From: a bacterium
GTDB lineage: Bacteria > Patescibacteriota > Minisyncoccia > Moranbacterales > UBA2206
Assembly (NCBI GenBank): GCA_029567195.1
Contig: JAKQLJ010000020.1
Span: 3,971-67,970, forward strand
Length of the DNA: 64,000 nucleotides
Direction: 5' to 3'
A program made the position numbers and the translations under genes. Within the stretch, counting starts at the first letter, position 1, and each line of letters opens with the position of its first letter. The notes below the pieces were generated by a model. The model saw nothing but the letters and a program-made list of their open reading frames with translations, did no database searches and was not told the origin of the DNA. Below are positions 19,284-28,960 of the stretch, one piece after another.

Positions 19284-20360
19284 ATGAATTATAAAACCAT
19301 TCTTATAACCGGTGGAGCGGGATTCGTCGGATCAAATCTGGCGCTAAAGCTAAAAAAACAATATCCGGACGTAAAGATTATCTCTCTGGACAATTTGATG
19401 CGGCGCGGTTCAGAGCTCAATCTGTCAAGATTGAAAAATGCCGGGGTGGAATTTATCCATGGCGATATCAGAAACAAGGAGGATCTGCTCAATTTAAAGG
19501 ATAAAATAGAATTGATAATTGAATGTTCGGCCGAACCGTCCGTTCTTGCCGGCACAGAAGGATCGCCGGAATATGTCATTAATACCAATTTAATTGGAAC
19601 ATATAACTGTCTGGAGCTGGCCAGAAAAGACAGGGCGGATGTGGTTTTTATGTCAACCAGCCGGATTTATCCGGTGGATGGAATTGCCAAACTCAATTTT
19701 ATTGAAGAGGAAACAAGGTTTTCCATTGCTCCTGAACAAAGCGTGCCGGGAGCAGCGCCCAAGGGGTTTTCAGAGGAATTTCCCCTGGGGAAAAACCGTT
19801 CTTTTTATGGAATGACGAAGCTTTGCTCGGAGTTTTTAATTAACGAATACGCGGCGGCTTATGGCATAAAGGCGGTTATCAACCGGTGCAGCGTGATTAC
19901 CGGTCCGTGGCAAATGGGGAAAATTGATCAGGGGGTGGCGGTTCTCTGGGTAGCCAGGCATATTTGGGCTAATAAGCACCTTTCTTATATTGGTTATGGC
20001 GGGTCTGGAAAACAAGTGCGTGATTTTATCCATATTGACGATATTTTTGATGTGATAAAGACAGAAATGGAAGATATGGAAAAGCACAATGGGGAAATTT
20101 ATAATATCGGTGGCGGACTGGAAAACAGTTTATCTCTTTTGGAGATGACCAAGATTTGTCAGGAAATTACCGGTCATAAACTGGAGATCGGATCAATTGC
20201 CCAAGACAGGCCTAACGATGTAAAATCATATATCACCGATTTTAGTAAATTTGAAAAATCTACCGGCTGGAAACCTAAAAAAAATGTAAAAGAAACATTG
20301 ACTGATGTCCATCAGTGGATTATGGAGAATAAGGAACAACTGGAGAGCATCTTAAATTAA
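19284..20360 (+). CDS. NAD-dependent epimerase, CDP-paratose/tyvelose 2-epimerase-like (paralog of 18228-19274)
   Basis: ILITGGAGFVGSNLA, GSGKQVRDFIHIDD, NIGGGLENSLSLLEMTKI and a KSYITDFSKFEKSTGWKPK tail. Confidence 0.65.
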   Translation: MNYKTILITGGAGFVGSNLALKLKKQYPDVKIISLDNLMRRGSELNLSRLKNAGVEFIHGDIRNKEDLLNLKDKIELIIECSAEPSVLAGTEGSPEYVINTNLIGTYNCLELARKDRADVVFMSTSRIYPVDGIAKLNFIEEETRFSIAPEQSVPGAAPKGFSEEFPLGKNRSFYGMTKLCSEFLINEYAAAYGIKAVINRCSVITGPWQMGKIDQGVAVLWVARHIWANKHLSYIGYGGSGKQVRDFIHIDDIFDVIKTEMEDMEKHNGEIYNIGGGLENSLSLLEMTKICQEITGHKLEIGSIAQDRPNDVKSYITDFSKFEKSTGWKPKKNVKETLTDVHQWIMENKEQLESILN

Positions 20361-21520
20361 TGAAAAAAATTCTTTTTTTAAACCACAATCAGGAAAATTT
20401 TGGCACTTATTATCGTTGCCTTTTTTTGGGGAAAAACCTGGCCAAGAGAGGGCACAGGATTACTATGCTCTGCGCTTCAGGTAAAAAGTTTGATCTTTTG
20501 GTGCGCCGAAAAAAGATAAGTGAAAATTTTACTATTATTACTTTACCCCGCATAAAATACCACGAATATTTTACCGGTCAGATTATTTTCCGCTTGCCGT
20601 TGGCTCTCTTTTTTGTTCTTTTTTCTCACTATGACATCTGCCATGCTTTTACCGTAGCCCAGCCGCAAATTGCTGTTCCGGCATGGGTGGCCAAAGTTAT
20701 TCGTCGGAAAAAACTGGTTATCGACTGGGATGATCTCTGGGGCGGAGGATTTGCGGAAGAGCATGGCGGAATTATTTCAAAGGTTCTTGGATTTTCCGAA
20801 AGATATTTTCTTCGCTTTGCTGACAGAATAACCTATGTATCTGAATTTATCGGAGAGCAAATCGAAAAAGTTAAGTTAAAAACGAAAAAAATAAAAATTC
20901 CCAACGGTTCAAACACGGAACAAATTTCTCCTTTAGAAAAAGGAAAAAGCCGTCAAAAATTGGGACTCAAAAACGAAGAAAATTATCTTGTTTCTATCGG
21001 CAATACTTATACTGATAGTCTTGGACTTATGCTTGAAGCTTTCCGGGAAACACTAAAAAAAGAAAAAGTCAAACTTATTATGGTAGGGGAAGGAAAAGTA
21101 ACGGGAAAATTCAAGAAGCTGTTTGACGAACTCAAGGAAAATATAATTGTTACTGGCAAAAGGCCCTTTGGCGAAGTGCCTCTTTATCTTTCCAGCGCCA
21201 ATGTCCTTCTTCTGCCGATGGATGATAACGGTATTGAAAAAGCGCGTTTTCCTATGCGGTTTGGCGATTATCTTTGTGCCAATCGACCGATAATTTCCAA
21301 TGCTGTGGGAGAGGTCGAATATTATATTAAAAAATATAATTGCGGCCTGGCTTCAAGCCCGGCTTCTTCCCAGGAATTTTCCCAAAATATTTCAAAGGCT
21401 TTGAATGACAGGAATTTATCTGATACAATTGGCTTAAATGCCAGGAAATTAGCCGAGGGGGATCTTAATTGGGATAACATCGGGGAAAAGCTGGAAAAAG
21501 AAGTGTATTTTAAAGTCTGA
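20360..21520 (+). CDS. Glycosyltransferase family 4
   Basis: N-terminal KKILFLNHN...GTYYRCLFLGKNLAKRGHRITMLC, and C-terminal GEGKV...E(x7)E-type GT4 motifs. TAATG overlap with the upstream gene. Confidence 0.75.
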   Translation: MKKILFLNHNQENFGTYYRCLFLGKNLAKRGHRITMLCASGKKFDLLVRRKKISENFTIITLPRIKYHEYFTGQIIFRLPLALFFVLFSHYDICHAFTVAQPQIAVPAWVAKVIRRKKLVIDWDDLWGGGFAEEHGGIISKVLGFSERYFLRFADRITYVSEFIGEQIEKVKLKTKKIKIPNGSNTEQISPLEKGKSRQKLGLKNEENYLVSIGNTYTDSLGLMLEAFRETLKKEKVKLIMVGEGKVTGKFKKLFDELKENIIVTGKRPFGEVPLYLSSANVLLLPMDDNGIEKARFPMRFGDYLCANRPIISNAVGEVEYYIKKYNCGLASSPASSQEFSQNISKALNDRNLSDTIGLNARKLAEGDLNWDNIGEKLEKEVYFKV

Positions 21521-21543
21521 GGTATTTTTAATAAATTTTTATT

Positions 21544-23076
21544 ATGAAGATATTATTAGCCAATCCGCCTTATCGAGTTTCTCTTAATGAACGGGAGGAA
21601 CGATTTTTTATTCGTGCCGGATCACGTTGGCCTTTTTCTGTCACTAAGTGCAAAAACGAAAAATCTGAATATATGCCCTTTCCTTTTTATCTAGCTTACA
21701 CTGCCGCCATGCTGGAAAAGGAAAAGGAAAAGGAAGAGGGAATAGAGGTCTTTGTTGAAGATAGCATCGCTCTTAATGAAACGGAGGAAAAATTTCTGGA
21801 AAAAGTCAAAAAAATAAATCCGGATGTTGTTCTTTTTGAAACTTCGACCAACACCATTCGTCATGACATTGGGTTGGCCAAAAAAATCAAGGAGTTTAAT
21901 GGTAATGCCAAGATAGTTATGGCCGGTTTTCATGTAACAGCGCTTGCCAGGGAAACTTTTGATATTTCCGGCCAGGCTATTGATTTCCTGCTGCTTTCTG
22001 AATACGAATTCAATTTTTTAGAGCTTCTAAGAACTTTGAAGAGGGGCGGAGAATGCTCTGGTCTTGAAGGAATTGCTTTTAAAAAAGGGGATGAAATAAT
22101 AATCAATCCGGTAAAATCGCTTCTTGATATTTCCAAATTACCTTACCCTGCCAGACATTTTTTTCCTTCTAACGGAAACAACGATCTAAGTGTTTATTGG
22201 GACGGATTTTGCCAGACAAAGCCGGCAATTCAAATGCATGCTTCCCGCGGTTGTCCTTTTCGTTGTAATTTTTGCGTCTGGAATCAGATAATGTATCGGA
22301 ATGAAAAATACCGCCCTTTCCCGGTAAATTATATTTGCGACGAAATCGAATCAGTCATTAAAGAGTATGGAGCTCGGGAAATATATTTTGACGATGATAC
22401 CTTCACTGGAAACAAAGAACATGTTTTAGATTTTTGCCGGGAGATGATAAAAAGAGGCCTTCATAAAAAAGTTTTCTGGTCGGCTATGGCTGATTTTATG
22501 ATAACGGACGAAGAGATGATAAGGACCATGAAAAAATCCGGCTGCATCGGTTTGAAATTTGGAGTGGAAAGCGGAAATAAGGATATATTAAATCATATTG
22601 GAAAGCCAATTAATTTTAATAAATTAAAAATCAATACTAGTCTTTGCGCCAAGCTGCGCATCAAGACTCATGGCACCTTTACTTTCGGCCTTTCCAGGGA
22701 AACTAGGAAAACCATGGCCGAAACTTTAAATCTTGCCAAATCTATAGATTGTGATAGTGTTCAGTTTAGTATAACCACTCCTTTTCCGGGAACAAGATAT
22801 TATGAGGAATTGAAAAAAGAAGGAAGACTTTTGTCGGAAAAATGGGAAGATTTTGACGGCAACAATAATTGTGTTGTCAAATTCGATGATTTTAACAGTG
22901 AATTCATAGTTGATTTTTATAAAAAAGCCACTGGCCGGTGGTTGAGACACAAATTAAAGCAGCCTCGATGGTTTTGGCGGCAGCTTTATTATCTTAACCG
23001 TTCCCGGTCATGGCAGGGCAACAGTTTTATTTTTAAGCGAATGAGGAGGGCGCTGATTTTGGTTTTAAGCAGATAA
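21544..23076 (+). CDS. Cobalamin (B12)-binding domain radical SAM protein
   Basis: MKILLANPPYR N-terminus, canonical cluster motif SRGCPFRCNFCVW (Cx3Cx2C) and GVESGNKDILNHIGK. Paralog of 11207-12874. Confidence 0.75.
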   Translation: MKILLANPPYRVSLNEREERFFIRAGSRWPFSVTKCKNEKSEYMPFPFYLAYTAAMLEKEKEKEEGIEVFVEDSIALNETEEKFLEKVKKINPDVVLFETSTNTIRHDIGLAKKIKEFNGNAKIVMAGFHVTALARETFDISGQAIDFLLLSEYEFNFLELLRTLKRGGECSGLEGIAFKKGDEIIINPVKSLLDISKLPYPARHFFPSNGNNDLSVYWDGFCQTKPAIQMHASRGCPFRCNFCVWNQIMYRNEKYRPFPVNYICDEIESVIKEYGAREIYFDDDTFTGNKEHVLDFCREMIKRGLHKKVFWSAMADFMITDEEMIRTMKKSGCIGLKFGVESGNKDILNHIGKPINFNKLKINTSLCAKLRIKTHGTFTFGLSRETRKTMAETLNLAKSIDCDSVQFSITTPFPGTRYYEELKKEGRLLSEKWEDFDGNNNCVVKFDDFNSEFIVDFYKKATGRWLRHKLKQPRWFWRQLYYLNRSRSWQGNSFIFKRMRRALILVLSR

Positions 23077-23087
23077 GGAAATAAAAA

Positions 23088-24269
23088 ATGGCAGAAATAA
23101 AAATAAAGCTGATGAAATCGGCTTTTTACAACGAAAAAGAAACCAAGGAGAAGCTGGCCAAATTTGTAATGGAAGCTTCTTTTTTCAGCATGGGCGAACA
23201 ATGTCGAAAGTTTGAGAATGATTTTGCCAAAAAACAAGGTAGAAAATTTGCCGTTTTTCTGACCAGCGGATCAAGTGCCAACCTTGTGCTTATTCAGGGA
23301 TTGCTCAATCTGGGACGGCTCAAGAAAGGCGACAAGGTGGGGTTTTCAGCTCTAACCTGGTCAACTAATGTTATGCCTTTAATTCAGCTGGGACTTATTC
23401 CAGTTCCCTTGGATTGCAGCCTGAAAACGCTTAATGTTTCTCCGGCAGAAGTGGAAAAGAAAGCGGATGATATCAAAGGAATTTTTCTTACTAATACACT
23501 GGGTTTTTCTGATGATATAGAAAAAATCAAGGAAATCTGTCAGAAAAAAAATATTGTTTTTCTGGAAGACAATTGCGAATCGATGGGTTCGGAAGTGAAT
23601 GGAGTGAAGCTGGGAAATTTTTCCTTAGCCTCCACCTTTTCTTTTTTTATCGGTCATCACATGTCCACTATTGAAGGCGGAATGATCCTGACGGACGATT
23701 CAGAACTTTATAATATGCTGCTTATGACCAGGATTCATGGCTGGGATCGGAATTTGCCAGAAGAAGAAAAAAAAAGAATGAGGACCCTTCACGGAATAGA
23801 TGATTTTTATAGCAAATACGCTTTTTATGATTTGGCTTATAATGCCCGGCCGACTGAAATCAATGGCTTTTTGGGAAATTCCCAGCTTCCTTATTGGGAC
23901 GAGATAGTTTTTAAACGCGAAGGCAATTTCAAACTTTTCCAATATGTAGCCAGAAAGAATGACGATTTGTTTTTACTGGATTTTCCTCATATGAACATTA
24001 TTTCTAATTTTGCTTATCCGGTTATTGCTAAAGATAAGGGGAAAGCGGATTTTTATAAACGAAAAATGGAAGAAGCGGGAGTGGAAATAAGGCCGATTAT
24101 CGCCGGAGATATAACCAAGCAGCCTTTTTTCAAGAAATATGTTTCAGAAACGACAACTTGTCCTAATGCTGATTTTATTCATAGTAACGGCTTTTATTTT
24201 GGCAATAATCCGGAAATGAATCAGGGGGAACTGGAAATTTTATGTAACGCGTTGGAAAAGAAACAATAA
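23088..24269 (+). CDS. colD: GDP-4-keto-6-deoxy-D-mannose 3-dehydratase (DegT-family, His-for-Lys ColD/E1 type)
   Basis: LEDNCESMGS, STFSFFIGHHMSTIEGGMILTDDSELYNMLLMTRIHGWDRNLP has His where aminotransferases carry the Schiff-base Lys, and IRPIIAGD. It closely follows the E. coli O55 ColD motif order. Confidence 0.8.
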   Translation: MAEIKIKLMKSAFYNEKETKEKLAKFVMEASFFSMGEQCRKFENDFAKKQGRKFAVFLTSGSSANLVLIQGLLNLGRLKKGDKVGFSALTWSTNVMPLIQLGLIPVPLDCSLKTLNVSPAEVEKKADDIKGIFLTNTLGFSDDIEKIKEICQKKNIVFLEDNCESMGSEVNGVKLGNFSLASTFSFFIGHHMSTIEGGMILTDDSELYNMLLMTRIHGWDRNLPEEEKKRMRTLHGIDDFYSKYAFYDLAYNARPTEINGFLGNSQLPYWDEIVFKREGNFKLFQYVARKNDDLFLLDFPHMNIISNFAYPVIAKDKGKADFYKRKMEEAGVEIRPIIAGDITKQPFFKKYVSETTTCPNADFIHSNGFYFGNNPEMNQGELEILCNALEKKQ

Positions 24270-24301
24270 AAAAATAACTAATACTAATTCGAACACCGAC
24301 T

Positions 24302-25663
24302 ATGTTAAAAAACGAGAAAAAAACCGAAAAGATAATCCTGTTATTTTTATCTTTGCTTTTGTTTTTTCTGATCTTGATTACGCCCCGGGTCATAGGCGAA
24401 GGCGGTTCCATAAGATTAGATCGCGGATCGGCCATTTCCCTTTTTATGGCTATTGAACTTGGCGCGTTTATTTATATAATTTACGCCTACTTGGTTTTAG
24501 ATAAGAATGTTTCTTCTGTTTTTCAGGAAAAAAAAGAAAACATGGAATATTCCAACTTTAACATTTCTCTTCAGGCTGATGAAAAGGAATTGGGAGAAAA
24601 AAAAGAAGAAAGAAAACAAAATAAAAAAAAGGCTTTGATTACCGGAATAACCGGACAAGACGGATCATACTTGGCAGAGCTGCTTTTGGAAAAGGGCTAT
24701 GAAGTTCACGGGATTGTCCGGAGAGTGAGCACATTTAACCGCCAAAGAATTGAACATCTTTTCATTGATCCGCATGTAGACAAATTTGACATCCATCTTC
24801 ATTATGGCGATCTGACTGATAGCGATTCTTTGCGCCATATCATTAATAAGATAAAACCGGATGAGATTTATCATCTGGGCGCGCAAAGTCATGTCCGGAT
24901 CAGTTTTGATATATCTGAATTTACCGGCAATACTACCGGACTGGGAACATTGAGGATACTGGAAGCTATCAGGGACTCGGGTTATCCGATAAAATTCTAT
25001 CAAGCTTCCAGCAGCGAGATGTTCGGTAAAGTCAAAGAAACTCCCCAAACGGAAACGACGCCATTTTATCCGCGCTCCCCTTATGCCTGTGCCAAAGTTT
25101 ATGCTTACTGGCTCACAGTTAACTATCGGGAAAGTTATGGCATTTTTGCTTGCAACGGAATTTTATTTAATCACGAATCGGAAAGAAGGGGGGAAAATTT
25201 TGTCACTCGAAAAATTACTATTGGTTTGGCCGGGATAAAGGCGGGAAAGCTCCAGAAGCTTTATCTTGGCAATCTGGACGCCAAGAGGGACTGGGGCTAT
25301 GCCAAGGATTATGTTGAAGGAATGTGGAGGATGTTACAACAAGAAAAGCCGAGCGATTATATTTTAGCTACCGGGGAAACTCACAGTGTCCGGGAGTTTG
25401 TCGAAGAAGCGGCAAAGCACGCCGGAATGGAGATTGAATGGCAAGGAGAAGGGTTGGAAGAAAAAGGAATAGACAAAAAAAGCGGAAAAGCGGTTATTGA
25501 AATTGACCCGCGTTATTTCCGGCCGGCAGAAGTCGATCTTCTGATTGGCAACCCGGAAAAATCCAAGAGGGAGTTGGGCTGGGAAGCCAGGACAAAATTT
25601 GCCGATCTTGCTAGAATTATGATGGAGCATGATTTGAAAAATATTAATAAAATTTTTCCCTAA
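24302..25663 (+). CDS. gmd: GDP-mannose 4,6-dehydratase with unusual ~105-aa N-terminal hydrophobic extension
   Basis: From about residue 106, [31 protein letters not shown]...YHLGAQSHV...[10 protein letters not shown]...[10 protein letters not shown] is canonical Gmd. The N-terminal 105 aa contain two hydrophobic helices, so the true start may be internal. Confidence 0.85.
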   Translation: MLKNEKKTEKIILLFLSLLLFFLILITPRVIGEGGSIRLDRGSAISLFMAIELGAFIYIIYAYLVLDKNVSSVFQEKKENMEYSNFNISLQADEKELGEKKEERKQNKKKALITGITGQDGSYLAELLLEKGYEVHGIVRRVSTFNRQRIEHLFIDPHVDKFDIHLHYGDLTDSDSLRHIINKIKPDEIYHLGAQSHVRISFDISEFTGNTTGLGTLRILEAIRDSGYPIKFYQASSSEMFGKVKETPQTETTPFYPRSPYACAKVYAYWLTVNYRESYGIFACNGILFNHESERRGENFVTRKITIGLAGIKAGKLQKLYLGNLDAKRDWGYAKDYVEGMWRMLQQEKPSDYILATGETHSVREFVEEAAKHAGMEIEWQGEGLEEKGIDKKSGKAVIEIDPRYFRPAEVDLLIGNPEKSKRELGWEARTKFADLARIMMEHDLKNINKIFP

Positions 25664-25665
25664 AA

Positions 25666-26610
25666 ATGAGCAAAATAAAAAAAAGAATATTGGTTACTGG
25701 CGGGACGGGATTTTTGGGAAAAAACCTTGTTCCAAAACTGGCTCAAAAATTTGAGTCGGTAACCGTTATTGCTCAGGAAAGGGAAAGGAATATCTTTTCT
25801 GGTTTGGATAATGTTCGAATATTGATTGGAGACATAAAAAATGAGGGATTTTTGCAGAGAGCCTTAAAGAAAAAAGATATTTGTTTTCATTTGGCATCTT
25901 TTAAAAGGAATTTTAAATATCACACGGAAAACCCGGGGAAAGTTTTTTGGGAAAACGAGGAGATTTCCCATTCTTTTTTTAAAAGCGTTTTTGAAAGTAG
26001 CTTAAAAAATCTGATAGTTATGGGATCAGCGGCTGTATATGCGCCAAAAGATTCTTTTATTTCGGAATCTGATCCGCTTAATCTCGAAAGCCAGGATGCT
26101 TATGCTCTTTCCAAGATATCGGCTGAAAATGGCGCGCGCGTCCTTTCTTATTCTCGTCCTGATATGTCCATTGTTCTTGTCCGGTCGGATAATTTTTATG
26201 GAGAAAAAGATAATTTTGGTCCGGAAGCCCAAGTCTTGCCTTCTCTTATTCGGAAATCAATCGAAGACGAGGAAATTGTTGTCTGGGGAAGCGGAAGACA
26301 GAAAAGAACCTTTATTTTCGTGGAAGATGTTTGTGACGCTCTGATCAGGTTGGGAAAACTAAAAAAAGGATTTTATGTTTTTAATATCAGCACCGGCGAA
26401 AAAACCGACTTTAAAAAAATTATTAAAATAATTAAAAAAATTGTAAAAGGCAACAAGAAAGTTATTTTTGATACTTCCAAACCGGAAGGTGCCAGTTGTC
26501 GTTTGGTTTCGGCCGAAAAAATCAAAAAGGAATTAAAATGGAAGCCGAAATATAATTTGGAAAAAGGATTGGAAAAAGCTATAAGATATTATTTAGAAAA
26601 TAAAAATTGA
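25666..26610 (+). CDS. GDP-L-fucose synthase-like NAD(P)-dependent epimerase/reductase (Fcl/ColC family)
   Basis: RILVTGGTGFLG, YALSKISAE (YxxxK), VVWGSGRQKRTFIFVED, IFDTSKPEGASCRL and KELKWKPKYNLEKGLEKAIRYYLEN parallel the Fcl C-terminal motifs. Confidence 0.65.
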   Translation: MSKIKKRILVTGGTGFLGKNLVPKLAQKFESVTVIAQERERNIFSGLDNVRILIGDIKNEGFLQRALKKKDICFHLASFKRNFKYHTENPGKVFWENEEISHSFFKSVFESSLKNLIVMGSAAVYAPKDSFISESDPLNLESQDAYALSKISAENGARVLSYSRPDMSIVLVRSDNFYGEKDNFGPEAQVLPSLIRKSIEDEEIVVWGSGRQKRTFIFVEDVCDALIRLGKLKKGFYVFNISTGEKTDFKKIIKIIKKIVKGNKKVIFDTSKPEGASCRLVSAEKIKKELKWKPKYNLEKGLEKAIRYYLENKN

Positions 26611-27770
26611 CAAAGATAATGCGTGTAGGTATTTTAATCAATTCTATCGAAGTCTTTGGTGGAATTGGAAAAATTGCAATTGAAGAAGTAAAAAATTTGA
26701 GAAAGCTGGGCGTGGATGCTGAGCTTTTAGTTTTTTCTGACTGGGGGAAGGAGAATAAGTATGAGGAAATTTCCTGCGATATTCCGATAGTGAGGTTGCC
26801 ACAAAGATTGCCCAAGAGTCTTAGGATTAACAGAAAAGTTCCTTTTTTTACCGTTTGGAATTTTTGCCATCTTTTTTATCCGCTTTATCTTCCCTTTTAT
26901 ATAAAAAAGGGAGAATGGGATCTAGTCATCAACCATGAGTCATATCTGACTTTTTTTCTTCTTCGTCTGAAACGGAAAAAAATAAAATATATCCAGTTTA
27001 TTTGGGATCCGATTTCGTATATAATCAAGAGGGTGTATACCAAGGGGATTTTAAATTACTTAAATCGAACACTATATCGTATCGGATTATGGCTTGATCA
27101 TCTTTTTATTCGCAAGTCGGAAATGGTATTGACCGGCGGTCAGGCGCACGAAGAATTTATAAAAAAAACAGGAAAGAAATATAAAATACTTTACCCTTCC
27201 GTTTATCCCCAGGAAAAAATAAATGAAAATAGGGAAAAATTCGTTTTTATGATGACGGCATGGAAACAAGGAAAAAATCCAGAGTATGTCTTGGAGCTTT
27301 TGGAAAAAATGCCGGAACTCAGGATAAAAATGGGTGGATTATGGCTGGATAAAAATTATGAAAAAAGCTTTCGGTCATTGGTAAGGGAGAAAAAATTGGA
27401 AGAGAGAATAGAAGTTCTGGGCAGCATCAGCGAAAGGGATCTGAATAACTATTTATCCCGGGCAACGGTTTTGTTGCAAACCAATGATGATAGGGGGTTT
27501 GGCATGCCGGCCTTAGAGACGGCGGCTTGTGGCTGTTCGTTTATTATTCCCGAGGGACAGGGCGTATGTAATCTTTTTTCCAACGAGAAAGAAGGATTTT
27601 TTACCAGGGAAAAAGATACGGAAAGGATAATTTCGCTTCTTGGCCGGTTCTTGTCTGATCAGGTTTTTGCCCGGCAGATGGGAAAAGCGGCATGGGAAAG
27701 GGTAAAAAATAATTACTCATGGCGAATTCATGCCCAGGAAATAATTAATTTGGCCAGGGGTTTAAAATAA
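26607..27770 (+). CDS. Glycosyltransferase family 4
   Basis: The N-terminal MRVGILINSIEVFGGIGKIA is typical of GT4. The C-terminus has RGFGMPALETAACGCSFIIPEGQG. The likely true start is the ATG at 26619. Confidence 0.75.
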   Translation: MTKIMRVGILINSIEVFGGIGKIAIEEVKNLRKLGVDAELLVFSDWGKENKYEEISCDIPIVRLPQRLPKSLRINRKVPFFTVWNFCHLFYPLYLPFYIKKGEWDLVINHESYLTFFLLRLKRKKIKYIQFIWDPISYIIKRVYTKGILNYLNRTLYRIGLWLDHLFIRKSEMVLTGGQAHEEFIKKTGKKYKILYPSVYPQEKINENREKFVFMMTAWKQGKNPEYVLELLEKMPELRIKMGGLWLDKNYEKSFRSLVREKKLEERIEVLGSISERDLNNYLSRATVLLQTNDDRGFGMPALETAACGCSFIIPEGQGVCNLFSNEKEGFFTREKDTERIISLLGRFLSDQVFARQMGKAAWERVKNNYSWRIHAQEIINLARGLK

Positions 27771-27823
27771 TCCAGTAATAAATCTGGTCTTTGATTTTCT
27801 GTTTCAATTTTTAAATTTAATTT

Positions 27824-28960
27824 ATGCCTTCCGCTAAAAAAATAATAAAAATAGCTCTTTCTAATCCGCAATCGGCCCTTCTTCAGGGATTTCATAAATT
27901 ACGAAGAAAAAGCCGGCTGGAATATAATCTGAAAAGCGGTTGGAGTCTGTGTCCTGATTTCATCACCTTTCTTATAACTAAAAGATGCAACTATCGCTGC
28001 TATCGTTGCAGTGCTCATGCGCCGGAAGAAATGAAGGAGCAACTGGCGGCCGAAATGACAACAGATGATTATAAAAGAATAATTGACGAAGTGGCGCCTT
28101 ATAAGCCGGCTATTTATTTTTGCGGTGGAGAGCCAACGTTGCGGGACGATCTTGTAGAAATAATAAAATATATTAAAAAGAAAAAGATGCTTTGCGCCAT
28201 GACTACCAACGCCAGCCTTCTGGAGGAAAAATTAGCGAAAGACTTGGTGGAGTCGGGAATTGATTTTATCTCTATTTCTCTTGATGGTGACGAGGCTGCT
28301 CATGATAGGTCTCGGGGGATTCCAGGCGCTTATAAAAATGTTCTAAGGGGAGTCCGGAATTTACAAAAATATCGGGGCAAAAAATCCCGGCCGCACATAA
28401 AGCTGGTGGGCATTATCGATCCGGAAAACCCCATAGTTTCCCGCCATGTGCTTGAAATGGCCAAGAGTCTGGGAGTAGACGAGGCTAATTTCGGGCACCT
28501 GATGTTTTATCCAAAAAATGTTAAAATTGATCAGGAGGAATTTGCAGCTAAATATAAAATCGGATCGGATTATATAACCGGAATGGAAGCGGAAAAAGAT
28601 TTCCAATCTGACATAAGCGGGCTCAAAAAAATGATCCGGGAAATAAGAAAATTTGAGGGTGTCCATACGAGCATTGCCCAGGGATTTGAAATCGACGTAG
28701 AAAAATATTACGCCTCTCCTTATCAATATCCGAGCTTGAAATCCGAGTGTATGACGCCCTGGTTTTCCGCCATAATCCGGCCTGACGGGAATGTTTCATC
28801 TTGTATGGAATTTGATGTTGGAAACATCAAAGAGAGAAAATTTCTTAAAATTTGGAATGATCCAAAATGGAAACTGTTTCGCCGGTTAAAATCCAGAAAA
28901 AAAGAGCATATTCCGGCCTGTTTTCGTTGCGGAGAGGGGCAGAAAATAAAATTTGATTAA
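27824..28960 (+). CDS. Radical SAM protein with C-terminal SPASM/twitch-like Cys-rich domain
   Basis: ITKRCNYRCYRCSAH (Cx3Cx2C) and GGEPTL. The C-terminal region SSCMEF...ACFRCGEG carries additional Cys. Confidence 0.7.
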   Translation: MPSAKKIIKIALSNPQSALLQGFHKLRRKSRLEYNLKSGWSLCPDFITFLITKRCNYRCYRCSAHAPEEMKEQLAAEMTTDDYKRIIDEVAPYKPAIYFCGGEPTLRDDLVEIIKYIKKKKMLCAMTTNASLLEEKLAKDLVESGIDFISISLDGDEAAHDRSRGIPGAYKNVLRGVRNLQKYRGKKSRPHIKLVGIIDPENPIVSRHVLEMAKSLGVDEANFGHLMFYPKNVKIDQEEFAAKYKIGSDYITGMEAEKDFQSDISGLKKMIREIRKFEGVHTSIAQGFEIDVEKYYASPYQYPSLKSECMTPWFSAIIRPDGNVSSCMEFDVGNIKERKFLKIWNDPKWKLFRRLKSRKKEHIPACFRCGEGQKIKFD

